DNA of 64,000 bases from Felis catus. Its lineage: Eukaryota. The stretch covers positions 21,578,001-21,642,000 of the forward strand of contig NC_058383.1 of NCBI RefSeq assembly GCF_018350175.1, in the 5' to 3' direction. Below the pieces are notes generated by a model that ran no database searches, was not told the DNA's origin, and saw only the letters and a program-made list of their open reading frames with translations. The translations under genes and the position numbers were made by a program. Of this stretch, positions 25,542-38,720 are shown one piece after another; within the stretch, counting starts at the first letter, position 1, and every line of letters starts with the position of its first letter.

Positions 25542-26727
25542 TTAAAAAAAGTGTTTATATATTTTTTAATTTACATCCAAGTTAGTTAGCATATAGTGCA
25601 ACAATGATTTCAGGAGTAGATTCCTTGGTGCCCCTTCCCCATTTAGCCCATCCCCCCTCCCACAACCCACAAATATGGAGTTTGTTCTCCATATTTATGA
25701 GTCTCTTCTGTTTTCCCACCCAACAACGCAAAAGAGACCCTCTTTCTCCGCATCCTCGCCAACATCTGTTGTCGCCTGAGATGTTAACGTTAGCCATTCT
25801 GCCAGGTGTAAGGTGGTATCTCATTGTGGTTTTGATTTGTAATTTCCCTGATGATGAGTGATGTTGAGCATCTTTTCATGTGTCGGTTGGCCATCTGGAT
25901 GTCTTCTTTGGAGAAGTGTCTATTCATGTCTTTTGCCCATTTCTTCGCTGGATTATTTGTTTTGTGGGTGTTGAGTTTGATAAGTTCTTTACAGATTTTG
26001 GATACTAACCCTTTATCTGGTATGTCGTTTGCAAATATCTTCTCCCATTCTGTCGGTTCCCTTTTAGTTTTGCTGATGGTTTCCTTCACTGTGCAGAAGC
26101 TTGTTATTTTGATGAGGCCCCAGTAGTTCATTTTTGCTTTTGTTTCCCTTGCCTCCAGACACGTGTTGAGTAAGAAGTTGCTGTGGCCAAGATCAAAAAG
26201 GTTTTTGCCTGCTTTCTCCTCGAGGATTTTGATGGCTTCCTGTCTTACATTGAGGTCTTTCATCCATTTTGAGTTTATTTTTGTGTCTGGTGTAAGAAAG
26301 TGGTCCAGGTTCATTCTTCTGCGTGTCGCTGTCCAGTTTTCCCAGCACCACTTACTGAAGACACTGTCTTTATTCCATTGGATATTCTTTCCTGCTTTGT
26401 CAAAGATGAGTTGGCCATCTGTTTGTGGGTCCATTTCTGGGTTCTCTATTCTATTCCATTGATCTGAGTGTCTGTTCTTGTGCCAGTACCATACTGTCTT
26501 GATGATTAAGCTTTGTAGTACAGCTTGAAGTCCGGGATTGTGATGCCTCCTGCTTTGGTTTTCTTTTTCAAGATCGTTTTGGCTATGCGGGGTCTTTTCT
26601 GGTTCCATACAAATTGTAGGATTGTTTGTTCTAGCTCTGTGAAGAATGCTGGTGCTATTTTGATAAGGGTTGCATTGAATCTGCAGATTGCTTTGGGTGG
26701 TATCGACATGTCAACAATACTTCTTCT
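25542..26727 (-). mobile_element. 5'-truncated felid L1 (ORF2 C-terminal part + 3'UTR), frameshifted and internally deleted
   Basis: Translations PDFKLYYKA / [21 protein letters not shown] / CWRGCGERG in three frames; 17-bp TSD tccaaa(a/g)ggatgttttt at 25525-25541 and 26728-26744 ending at TTTT/A. Confidence 0.95.
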
Positions 26728-27269
26728 TCCAAAGGGATGTTTTTACTGCTCACTTTGCAGCAGGATAAATGAAGAATAAACAACATCTGGAGAGAAGCCC
26801 CCGACCTGGCACATCGGCTCCTTCCTTCTCCCCACACTTAACCCCATAGTTAACCATGAGCTGCCTGGTTGTCACTGAGAATCTCAGGCCTTCTTTCTCT
26901 CCATGTTGGATCCAGTGAGGAAAAGGTGCACTTTTTTTCTTCTCTCTCCGCCTCTCTCTCTCTTTTGCAGTTTTGTTCGTTGCCCAGGTCCCGGTTCTCA
27001 CAAACGTGGGGGGTCTGCCTTGGCTGCAGGACAGTGGTGGAGAGCAGCGGGGCGGGCGGGGGCGGGGGGGGGGTGGTTAAGATGCCAGAGATGAGGGGGC
27101 AGGCCGACCTCCGTCCTCATTCTGGCTTCTCTGCTCCTCGCTGTGTGTTCTGATAGACAGGACTCAAGTGCTCTGAGTCCATATTCTCTCCTCTGCAAAA
27201 ACGGGATGTCATAATCGTACCGAGGTGTTTTGTCAGGAAGACTCAATGAGGCGATACCTACAATGGTCT

Positions 27270-27890
27270 TTATAATACTAAGATGCCACGTTTCTTTTTT
27301 TCTCTCATCATTTCACGAATGTCCAGTGGAGTTTTCCAGAGGCCACGTGACATGAGCTGTCACAACAGACTGAACACAGGAGCAGGTGTGAGAATCCAGC
27401 CGTCTTCTATTAACCCAGACATTCAAGAGCTGGGCCAGTATGCGGAGTAATGCCACCCTTCTCACCAAATCTTTCAGGAAAATATGGTTACTTTTCATAA
27501 GAGTGTAATTTATTTAACATGCAGTGGGTTTGCTATTGTTACTTTTTGTTTTAATTTTTTTTTTAACGTTTATTCATTTTTGAGACAGAGAGAGACAGAG
27601 CATGAACGGGGGAGGGTCAGAGAGAGAGGGAGACACAGAATCCAAAGCAGGCCCCAGGCTCTGAGCTGTCAGCACAGAGCCCAACGCGGTGCTCGAACTC
27701 ACGGAGCGCGAGATCATGACCTGAGCCGAAGTCAGACGCCTAACTGACTGAACCACCCAGGCGCCCCTAAGCTGCTTCCTCATTTAAATGTTTAGTTCTA
27801 TAAATTGCTGTCGATAGAACCCACATAAATGAGAGCTCTTCGGGGTTCTTGTAAAAAGTCCTAGATCCGAAAGTCCTTGAGAATTGTTGA
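27270..27890 (+). mobile_element. Charlie1-family hAT relic split by a - strand Can-SINE (~27543-27767)
   Basis: cagtggagttttccagaggc...gagaatccagccgtcttctattaa...aacccacataaa. Confidence 0.65.
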
Positions 27891-28411
27891 CAGGAGTCTG
27901 CATTTAGGGAAAGTCTCGTGGATATTCTATTTAAACCCAAAGGCAAACAAGGTGTGGAAAGGCGCGTTCCCTCCTTGGAAAGCGCATTTGTGCACGAGGG
28001 GCCGCACGGCAGTTGTTTGTACCTCTGTAGACCTTGCCGGTCAGCGTGGAGTGGGTTGTTAATGAATCAACGAGGCCGCTGCTTAATCACTAAACGCTTT
28101 AACAGATCCTGAAAGATCTGGTGAGAAGGGTGGCATTCGTGACAGAGAGGTTGAAGGTTGGAGTGTCACTTCTACGCACTTGGAGATCATCAGAGTGGAA
28201 CAGGGCCCCGTGGAAGCCAGCTTTGCCAAAACTGCCACCTGTTGGGCCTAGGCTGCATGGAAGAGCCGGAGAGTCCAGGTGTGGAGCCAGCTGTAGGGCC
28301 TGGACCCAATGCCAGGGCTCTGCCGGCCCGCTTTGGTTAAGTCCTGGCTGTTACAGCAAGTTGCCTCACCTGTCTGTGCCTCAGTCTCCCCTTCGTCAAA
28401 AGAATGATCTG

Positions 28412-28800
28412 AGGGGTGCCTGGGTGGCTCAGGCCTGGGTGCAGCGTCCAACTCTTGATTTCGGCTCAGGTCACACTCTCACGGTTCGTGAGTTCGAGCC
28501 CCGCGTCGGGCCCTGTGCTGACAGCTCAGAGCCTGGAGCCTGCTCCGGATTCTGTGTCTCCCTCTCTCTCTGGCCTTCCCCCGTTTATGCTCTGTCTCTC
28601 TGTCTCAAAAATAAATGTTAAAAAAAAAAAATTAAAAAAAAAAAAAAAAAAAAGAGGGAGCTCCAGGGCAGGCTCCTGGCTGGCTCAGGTGGAGGAGCAT
28701 GTGATCTTGGGGTTGTGAGTTCGATCCTCATGTTGGGTGCAGAGATTACTTAAGGATTAAAAAAAAATATTTATTAAAAAAAATTTTTTTAATGTTTATT

Positions 28801-28836
<36 letters not shown>

Positions 28837-29193
28837 TGCGAGCAGGGGAGGGGCAGAGAGAGAGGGAAACACAAAATCCAAGCGGGCTCCAGGCTCCGAG
28901 CTGCCAGCACAGAGCCTGATGCGGGGCTCGAACCCATGAACTGTGAGATCATGACCTGAGCCACCCAGACACCCCCAAATCTTTAGTTTTTTTTAATGTT
29001 TATTTACTTTTGAGAGAGAGAGTGAGAGAGCAAGCATGAACAGGGGAGGAGCAGAGAGAAAGGAAGACAGAGAATCCAAAGCAGGCTCCGAGCTGTCAGC
29101 ACAGAGCCTGACGTGGGACTAGAACCCACAAACCACGAGATCGTGACCTGAGCCTAAGTCGGACGCTCAACTGACTGAGCCACCCAGGCACCC
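28412..29193. mobile_element. Cluster of four Can-SINEs (two +, two -)
   Basis: Heads at 28412 (+), ~28667 (+, short), 28976 (-), 29193 (-). Confidence 0.9.
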
Positions 29194-29863
29194 TTGAGGA
29201 TTTTAATGTAGACATAATTCTTGTACATCTTTGTCTAAGCCATTGAGAAAAGCACCAAACAGGACAAGATTGTGAACATTCTGTAGAGACTTCTCTCTCT
29301 GCTCAAAAATCCCAAAAATATTATATCGAGGGGAAGAAACCAGATCTAAAAAAAAGAGGAAATACTAAATGATTCTGTCTGTGTAAAATCCTAGGAAATG
29401 TGACCGAATCTGTTACAACAGCAGATTGATGTTCGTCTGGAGATGGCGGTGGCAGGATGTCACAGAGGGATGTGACAAAGGGGAACAAGGACACTCTTGG
29501 GGGTGATGGATATGTTTACCAGCTTGATTGTCGTAACGGTTTCCGTCACTTACACAGATGTTGAGACTCTTTCAGTTGGGCATCTAAACACACACAGTTC
29601 ATCATATGCCATTTATTCTTCCACAAATTTCTTTTAAAAAGCATTAATGTCTTCCTATAGATGTATTCTTACAGAGAAACATAAACCACCGCAGCGTGAA
29701 AGACAAGTGTCCAGGATTAAAGCCTGGATAGGAGAATCAGGCCTGGGGTACCTGCCCGGCTTCTAGGGGTTTCCATGGAGTCAAGCACGTGCTACAGGTG
29801 TGCTAGGAAGGTGGAGAGAGTACTTGGATGTCCTGGTTCCTCTTTTCAGAGCATTTCTGCATT

Positions 29864-29902
<39 letters not shown>

Positions 29903-29965
29903 TTATTATTTTATTTGAGAGAGAGCACACACAAGTGAGCAGGGGGAGGGGCAGAGGGAGAGAGA

Positions 29966-30005
<40 letters not shown>

Positions 30006-30499
30006 ATCTCAAGCAGGTTCCATGCTCAGCATGGAGCCCGATGTGGGGCTTGATCTCACAACCCTGCGATCATGACCTGAGCCAAAATCGAGAGTCAGCT
30101 GCTGAATTGACTGAGCCACCCAGGCACCCCTGCATTTCTACATTTGAACGGCATCTGTTTCTTCAATTCAGTATGAAAATTTATTCATTCACGGATTCGG
30201 TCATTTATTCAGTGCCGTTCTGCGCCGGGCCACGTTCCAAGCTCTGGGGATTAAGCAGAAAGCAGGGCAGACCTGTCCTCACGGGGCCCCTTTGCGACGT
30301 TATTCTTCTGCAGTCTCTCCTCCAGGGGTTCCCCCTCCTTCCCCCGAAAACCACACTCCAGTGTGTCCCAAATTATCAAATGCAGAAGCACACAAAAGCT
30401 TTTCTGGCCCTTTGTCTCCCTCTAGCCGTCTCTCAGTCTCTCCCTCCATAGACCAATTCCCTGGGAGACTCGTCTACACCAACCACTTGTATGTTCCCC

Positions 30500-30820
30500 T
30501 TCAGGGCCAAGGCACCTACGCCCCCAGCTGCCGGGAGACTGTCGCCGATGGCTCCCTGCCGAGTGCCTCACTAGGAATCATCCCGGACCAAAGGGAGCAG
30601 CCACCCTACCCCTGCATCCAGTGAGGGTCATCCCAGCTGCACAGTCCCTGGAGGTGAGCTAAGTCTCTGTTGTGACCTCATCACAGTTCAAATCCTCCTG
30701 CTGCCCAATCCTGCCTTCCTCCCTCTCTCATTCGTGTTCCCAGGGCACTTTCCAACAAACCACCTCCACTCTGAGCTCCCTGGTCTCGGACTGTGACTCT
30801 CAGGGGACACAGCCCACAAT
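30500..30820 (+). mobile_element. LTR16-like ERVL LTR relic
   Basis: ctgcccaatcctgccttcct...aacaaaccacc...ctcagggga motif; recalled family. Confidence 0.5.
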
Positions 30821-31234
30821 ACCAGCCCCCACTTCCATTGTCCATTAGCCCCTTCCCCCACTGGGATGCGGCTTTTGCAACTACCCCACTGAAGGACTCT
30901 CACGAGTCCAGTCATGGCTGTACCCCCCCCCCCAGACTTTCTCTCTTCACAGCAGCATTTGAGAACGTGGCTTTCTCCTTCCCTGAGATTTCCCTCCCCA
31001 GATTCGGAGATCCCATTCTCTCCTGCCACCTCTCCATCCCATGCCTCTTTGAATTTTTGATTCTTCCTACTCAGGCACCCAGGCTCCTTTCTGTTTCTCC
31101 GATGATGGTGTTACCCAAACCTTCACTCTACATGCATTTCCATTTCCACAGCATCAGCCTTCATCTCTGATTGATAACCCCCAAACTGATCTCTCCGCTT
31201 GTAACTTCTTTCTTATACATACATGCAGCTCTCT

Positions 31235-34200
31235 ATCCATCCCTCTACCCACCCTGCCACCCATCCATCTGTCCATCCATCCATCCACCCATCCTTCCAT
31301 CCATCCATCCATCCTTCCATCCATCCATCCATCCTTCCATTCATCCATCCTTCCATCCACCCATCCATCCACCCATCCATCCTTCCATCCATCCATCCAT
31401 CCATCCATCCATCCATCCATTCATCCATCCTTCCATCCACCCATCCATCCTTCCATCCATCCTTCCATCCATCCATCATCCACCCATCCATCCATCCTTC
31501 CATCCATCCATCCATCCATCCATCATCTACCCATCCATCCATCCATCCATCCTTCCATCCATCCTTCCATCCATCCATCCATCCTTCCATCCATCCTTCC
31601 ATCCATCCTTCCATCCATCCTTCCATCCATCCATCCATCCATCCTTCCATCCATCCATCCATCTTTCCATCCATCCATCATCCACCCATCCATCCATCCA
31701 TCCATCCATCCATCCTTCCATCCATCCATCCTTCCATCCATCCTTCCATCCATCCTTCCATCCATCCATCATCCACCCATCCATCCATCCTTCCATCCAT
31801 CCATCCATCCATCATCTACCCATCCATCCATCCATCCATCCATCCATCCTTCCATCCATCCATCCATCCTTCCATCCATCCTTCCATCCATCCTTCCATC
31901 CATCCTTCCATCCATCCATCCTTCCATCCATCCATCCTTCCATCCATCCATCCATCCATCCATCATCTACCCATCCATCCATCCATCCATCCTTCCATCC
32001 ATCCTTCCATCCTTCCATCCATCCATCCATCCATCCTTCCATCCATCCTTCCATCCATCCATCATCCACCCATCCATCCATCCTTCCATCCATCCATCCA
32101 TCCATCATCTATCCATCCATCCATCCTTCCATCCTTCCATCCATCCATCCATCCTTCCATCCATCCTTCCATCCATCCATCCTTCCATCCACCCATCCAT
32201 CCTTCCATCCATCCTTCCATCCATCCTTCCATCCATCCATCCTTCCATCCATCCATCATCCACCCATCCATCCATCCACCCATCCATCCATCCATCCATC
32301 ATCCACCCATCCATCCATCCATCCTTCCATCATCCACCCATCCATCCTTCCATCCATCCTTCCATCCTTCCATCCATCCATCCATCCATCCATCCATCCT
32401 TCCATCCTTCCATCCATTCATCCATCCTTCCATTCATCCATCCTTCCATCCACCCATCCATCCTTCCATCCATCCTTCCATCCATCCATCCTTCCATCCA
32501 TCCATCCTTCCATCCATCCATCCTTCCATCCATCCTTCCATCCATCCATCATCCACCCATCCATCCATCCATCCTTCCATCCATCCATCCATCCATTCAT
32601 CCATCCTTCCATTCATCCATCCTTCCATCCACCCATCCATCCTTCCATCCATCCTTCCATCCATCCTTCCATCCATCCATCCTTCCATCCATCCATCCAT
32701 CCATCCATCCTTCCATCCATCCATCCTTCCATCCATCCTTCCATCCATCCTTCCATCCATCCATCCTTCCATCCATCCATCCATCCATCCATCCATTCAT
32801 CATCTACCCATCCATCCATCCATCCATCCTTCCATCCATCCATCCATCCTTCCATCCATCCTTCCATCCATCCATCCATCCTTCCATCCATCCTTCCATC
32901 CATCCTTCCATCCATCCATCCTTCCATCCATCCATCCATCCATCCATCCTTCCATCCATCCATCATCCACCCATCCATCCATCCATCCATCCTTCCATCC
33001 ATCCATCCTTCCATCCATCCTTCCATCCATCCATCATCCACCCATCCATCCATCCTTCCATCCATCCATCCATCCATCCATCCATCCATCATCTACCCAT
33101 CCATCCATCCATCCATCCTTCCATCCATCCATCCATCCTTCCATCCATCCTTCCATCCATCCATCCTTCCATCCATCCATCCATCCTTCCATCCATCCAT
33201 CCATCCATCCATCCATCCATCCTTCCATCCACCCATCCATCCTTCCATCCACCCATCCATCCTTCCATCCATCCTTCCATCCATCCTTCCATCCATCCTT
33301 CCATCCATCCATCCTTCCATCCATCCTTCCATCCATCCATCCACCCACCCATCCATCCATCCACCCATCCATCCATCCATCCATCATCCACCCATCCATC
33401 CATCCATCCTTCCATCATCCACCCATCCATCCATTCATCCATCCTTCCATCCATCCTTCCATCCATCCATCCATCCATCCATCCATCCATCCTTCCATCC
33501 TTCCATCCATTCATCCATCCTTCCATTCATCCATCCTTCCATCCACCCATCCATCCTTCCATCCATCCTTCCATCCATCCTTCCATCCATCCATCCTTCC
33601 ATCCATCCTTCCATCCATCCATCATCCACCCATCCATCCATCCTTCCATCCATCCATCCTTCCATCCATCCATCCATCCTTCCATCCATCCTTCCATCCA
33701 TCCTTCCATCCATCCTTCCATCCATCCATCCTTCCATCCATCCATCCTTCCATCCATCCATCCATCCATCCATCATCTACCCATCCATCCATCCATCCAT
33801 CCTTCCATCCATCCTTCCATCCACCCATCCATCCTTCCATCCATCCTTCCATCCATCCATCCTTCCATCCATCCTTCCATCCATCCATCATCCACCCATC
33901 CATCCATCCTTCCATCCATCCATCCATCCATCCATCATCTACCCATCCATCCATCCATCCTTCCATCCATCCATCCTTTCATCCATCCTTCCATCCATCC
34001 TTCCATCCATCCATCATCCACCCATCCATCCATCCATCCATCCTTCCATCCATCCATCCTTCCATCCATCCATCCATCCATCCATCCATCCATCCTTCCA
34101 TCCACCCATCCATCCTTCCATCCATCCTTCCATCCATCCTTCCATCCATCCTTCCATCCATCCATCATCCACCCATCCATCCATCCATCCTTCCATCCAT

Positions 34201-34958
34201 CCATCCATCATCTACCCATCCATCCATCCATCCATCCTTCCATCCATCCATCCATCCTTCCATCCATCCTTCCATCCATCCTTCCATCCATCCTTCCATC
34301 CATCCATCCATCCTTCCTTCCATCCATCCATCCTTCCATCCATCCATCCATCCATCCATCCTTCCATCCATCCATCATCCACCCATCCATCCATCCATCC
34401 ATCCTTCCATCCATCCATCCTTCCATCCATCCATCCTTCCATCCATCCATCCATCCATCCTTCCATCCATCCATCCATTCATCCATCCTTCCATCCACCC
34501 ATCCATCCTTCCATCCATCCTTCCATCCATCCTTCCATCCATCCTTCCATCCATCCATCATCCACCCATCCATCCATCCATCCATCCTTCCATCCATCCA
34601 TCCATCCATCATCTACCCATCCATCCATCCTTCCATCCATCCATCCATCCTTCCATCCATCCTTCCATCCATCCTTCCATCCATCCTTCCATCCATCCAT
34701 CCATCCATCCTTCCATCCATCCATCCTTCCATCCATCCATCCATCCTTCCATCCATCCATCATCCACCCATCCATCCATCCATCCATCCTTCCATCCATC
34801 CTTCCATCCATCCTTCCATCCATCCATCATCCACCCATCCATCCATCCTTCCATCCATCCATCCATCCATCATCTACCCATTCATCCATCCTTCCATCCA
34901 TCCTTCCATCCATCCATCCATCCATCCTTCCATCCTTCCATCCATCCATCCACCCACC
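31235..34958. repeat. ~3.7 kb compound (CCAT)n/(CCTT) microsatellite array
   Basis: Continuous ccat units with cctt, ccac, catt and catcat variants; no G seen on the + strand from 31272 to 34959. Confidence 0.99.
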
Positions 34959-34960
34959 TG

Positions 34961-35085
34961 TCCCTTCCTCCTTCCCTCCTTCCATCCTGCCTTCTTTTCC
35001 CCTCCCTCCCCCTCTCCTCCCTCCCTCCCTTCTCCCTCCCTCCTTTCTTTCCTTCCTTTCCTTCCTTCCTCCCTTCCTTCCTTCC
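34961..35085. repeat. CT-rich low-complexity tract
   Basis: Polypyrimidine cctt/ccct run next to the array. Confidence 0.9.
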
Positions 35086-35160
35086 AGCAAATATTTTCTG
35101 AGTACCTACTATGTTCCAGGCTCTGGACTAGGAGCTAAGGACACAGCAATGAAGAAGTAT
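35086..35160 (-). mobile_element. L2 3' end, antisense
   Basis: caaatattttctgagtacctactatgttccaggc...ctaggagct matches the reverse-complemented L2 terminus. Confidence 0.75.
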
Positions 35161-36417
35161 CGTGCCCACATTACTAATACCCAGCTGCCAACTAGACAGC
35201 TCTACTGGGCTGTTCCCAGGCTCCTTGATTCACCAAGACCCAAATCAAACTCTGCTACCCCCTGCACCATGAAACCCACTCTTTTCCTCTAGGACCCCTG
35301 CCAAGATAGTAGCCGTTAGCAAAATCAGAAATTCAGGGACATCCTAGACTCCTCTCCTTCACTCTTCACAGAGGCAAGTCCATCCCACCGGTTCTCCCTC
35401 TTGCATTCATCTATACCCTCCCCTCTGCACCACCGTCCTGGTTCAGGCCGTTATAATTTCTTGCCTTAATTCCATTCCAGTTTCCCAGCGAGGAGATGGT
35501 CAATCTCCGCAGTTCAGCCACATTGTGCGCCCTGGATCTTTTTTCCACTCTTCCTGCCGGGCTCTGTGCCCCAGGAGGCTGATTCCCGTGGGCTCTATCA
35601 CCTGGCCTCCTTTGCTGTCTGGCATCCAGTCACATTTGGCCAACGGGAGGAGCCCGCAGGAGATCAGAGGGTGCGGAAGGGTAGCCGAGGTATTGGAGGT
35701 GTTCCTATCTCCCCTTGCCCCTCACCAGCCCTGCTCTTTCGCTGCCTCCCTGGGGTTCCGGAAGTGGCTGCACTCTTCTGGGCCATGGCTCTGCAGGGTT
35801 CGGTAACACTGCTCCCTAACCCCTTCAGCCTTGGAGTGACTGCGCCCACGATAGCTAGACTCCAGGGGCTCCATCAGCCCTTGGTGCCCTGAACGCGGCA
35901 GAAATCTCAGGAAACAGTCTCTTTATTAAATTACCTTAAATTCTTTTTTCTAGAATTTTTTTAATGTTCATTTATTTCTGAGACAGAGAGAGACAGAACA
36001 TGAGCAGGGGAGGGGCAGAGAGAGAGAGAGAGGGAGACACAGAATCGGAAGCAGGCTCCAGGCTCTGAGCCGTCAGCACAGGGCCCGACGCGGGGCTCGA
36101 ACTCACAGACCGCGAGATCATGACCTGAGCTGAAGTCGGGCGCTCGACCGACTGAACCACCCAGGCGCCCCCAAATTAGCTTAAATTTTTAAATTCTCCT
36201 TTTCATGCCAGAATCTTGACTCACAAGGCATCCCACAGTCAGGATAAATTCCACGTGACACACTATTGGGATTGTTCTCCCAGTTGTTTAGTTTCCCTCC
36301 TCTGTTACTGGAACTCTAGATGTGCAAGTACTTTGATTTTTTTTCTGCATGAGTTTAAGCAGCTTTCCTAGGAGAGAGGTTTCCCTGGGTCTAGCTCTCT
36401 GCTCTTTCAAACAATTT

Positions 36418-36451
36418 ATTTTTATTTTTTAAAATATCTATTCATATATTT

Positions 36452-36499
<48 letters not shown>

Positions 36500-36858
36500 C
36501 CCAAGTAGGCTCCATGCTGTCAGCACAGAGACCAATGCAGGGCTCAAACTCACAAACTGTGAAATCATGACCTGGAATCAAGAGTGAGACGCTGGGGCGC
36601 CTGGGTGGCACAGTCGGTTAAGCGTCCGACTTCAGCCAGGTCACGATCTCGCGGTCCGTGAGTTCGAGCCCCGCGTCAGGCTCTGGGCTGATGGCTCAGA
36701 GCCTGGAGCCTGTTTCTGATTCTGTGTCTCCCTCTCTCTCTGCCCCTCCCCCGTTCATGCTCTGTCTCTCTGTCCCAAAAAATAAACGTTGAAAAAAAAA
36801 ATTAAAAAAAAAAAAAAAAAAAAGAGACGCTTAACCTAATGAGCCACCCAAGCACCCC
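36418..36858 (-). mobile_element. Can-SINE with nested young + SINE (36594-36822)
   Basis: gagacgct duplicated on both sides of the insert; host head resumes at ttaacctaatgagccaccc. Confidence 0.9.
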
Positions 36859-37467
36859 TCAAACAGTAATTGAAAAAATTCTTTTTTCCTCTGGGACACC
36901 TGGCTGGCTCAGTCAGTAGAACATGAGACTCTTGATCTTGGGGTCTGTGAGTTCTAGCCCCATGTGGGGCGTAGAGTTTGTCTTTAAAACAAATTTTTTT
37001 CTGTAATGTTTATTTTTAACACATGGAGTGTGAATATTGGGGTCAATGTGGTCTCCTAGATAGAATCTCTCTAGGTCAGATCCTCGACGTGGGATGGCTG
37101 GTCCATGGAAGACGGATCTTTGCAAAAGTTTTTGACAGTGGTTTGTTTGGCTGTTTTCCATTTTGTTTTTTCAAGGATTTAGGTAAGATTGTGTGGGAAA
37201 GCCTGCGAATATCTCTCCCAGTGAAAAGATTTCTCAAGGCTTCTTCCAGAAAAAGGGAGTCGCCGTGCGCCCTCTGGTGGCTGCTTTCTCCACCTACAGG
37301 CAAATAGGTCCAGGCCTAAAAGACCCCAAACCCATCAAGGGCTAGAAAAGCCACAGCAAAGGAGGGTTCCGCTCTCGCCGCCGCTGGCTGGGCAGTTGCA
37401 AGGCCACTCCCCACCAGCTTGCAAGAGTACTTTTAACACTGTAATGCAAGAGTGACCAAAGGGAGCC

Positions 37468-37560
37468 TTTTTCTTTTCTTTTCTTTTCTTTTCTTTTCTT
37501 TTCTTTTCTTTTCTTTTCTTTTCTTTTCTTTCTTTTCTTTTCTTTTCTTTTCTCCTTTTC
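37468..37560. repeat. (TTTTC)n pentanucleotide microsatellite
   Basis: Directly visible. Confidence 0.97.
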
Positions 37561-38059
37561 TTGGTCTTAAAAAAAAAGGCCATATGGAGGCATAATTGAT
37601 GCATAGCAAACCATGCATTAAGCGCCCAGTGGGCGCCCCCGTGTGGCTCAGTATCGTTCCTGTATTTTACCGACACCTCAGTGGGGACTGGGGCCATTCT
37701 CCGTCATCGAGGACATCACTGTTTCTGCAGTGAGACTGCAGAACTTTTCACGCTATAAATAAGACCCGTGAATAGCCTCAAATCAATTTTGCACCAAGCG
37801 AGTTTGCTTACAAACTCACCAAAAAGAATTTGGTCTTTCAGAGCCTCCTGGATTTCGGAATGATAGACTCAGGTTGTATCTCTGTTTTACAGCCGAAGAG
37901 GCAGAAATATTAAGTATCGTGTACAAGGCCACCCAAGAAAGCATTCACGCCCTGCGTCGTCCCTGTCTGCCGGCCATGAACCACGTCGTCTCCCGGGGAC
38001 CGGGGAGCCGGAAGTAAGCAAAACAGACAACCGCTTTCTCTTAGGAAGCTGGTGTTCTC

Positions 38060-38720
38060 ACACAAACACTGTATGTGAGTGTTCACAGCAGCCTTATTCA
38101 CAACAGCCAAAAAACGGAAACGACCCAACTGTCCAACTGATGAAGGAGAAACAAAATGTGGTCCATCCATACAATGGCGTATTGTTCAGCCATAGAGGGT
38201 ATGAAGTACTGATACGTGGATGAAACTTGAAAACATCATGCTCAGGGAAATTTCTGCTGAGCCAGACACAGAAGGTGTCACCATACGTACTGTGAGACAT
38301 AGAGGGTTTTATAAGAAGGGTCCAGAACAGGCAGATATTTTTTTTTTAACGTTTATTTATTTTTGAGATAGAGACAGAGCATGAACGGGGGAGGGGCAGA
38401 GAGAGAGGGAGACACAGAATCTGAAACAGGCTCCAGGCTCTGAGCTGTCAGCCCAGAGCCCGACGCGGGGCTCGAACTCACGGACCGTGAGATCATGACC
38501 TGAGCCGAAGTCGGACGCTTAACCGACTGAGCCACCCAGGCGCCCCAGAACAGGCAGATTTATATAAAGTGGATTAGTAAGTTGCCTGGGGTGGGACGGT
38601 TGGAGGGGAAATGGACGATGATTGCCATAAGGGGGACAGGATGACGGAAATGTCCTAAACTCGACTACAGCCACGAGGGCACCACAGCCCATTAACAAGC
38701 TCTCGATAAAGCTGTTTTAA
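38060..38720 (+). mobile_element. Old L1 3'UTR fragment split by a young - strand Can-SINE (38338-38546)
   Basis: tgtggtccatccatacaatgg...aacttgaaaacatcatgct L1M motif; SINE TSD cagaacaggcagat. Confidence 0.8.

Noticed and set aside
25790..26608. 272-aa ORF as a functional protein
   Set aside because: Fragment of a 5'-truncated, frameshifted L1 ORF2.
31235..34958. CRISPR-like or coding repeat array
   Set aside because: No unique spacers, a 4-bp unit, and mammalian context.
31171..35292. 1373-aa and 1292-aa PSIH-repeat ORFs and many MDGW-repeat ORFs
   Set aside because: Artefact of the (CCAT)n array: without G or AA on + no stop codon can form. There is no promoter or splice support and no protein family resemblance.
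37335..37697. KEKKR-repeat ORF, and a link to the TNRC6A TTTCA expansion in human familial myoclonic epilepsy
   Set aside because: A simple (TTTTC)n tract with a different motif, lying downstream of the gene.
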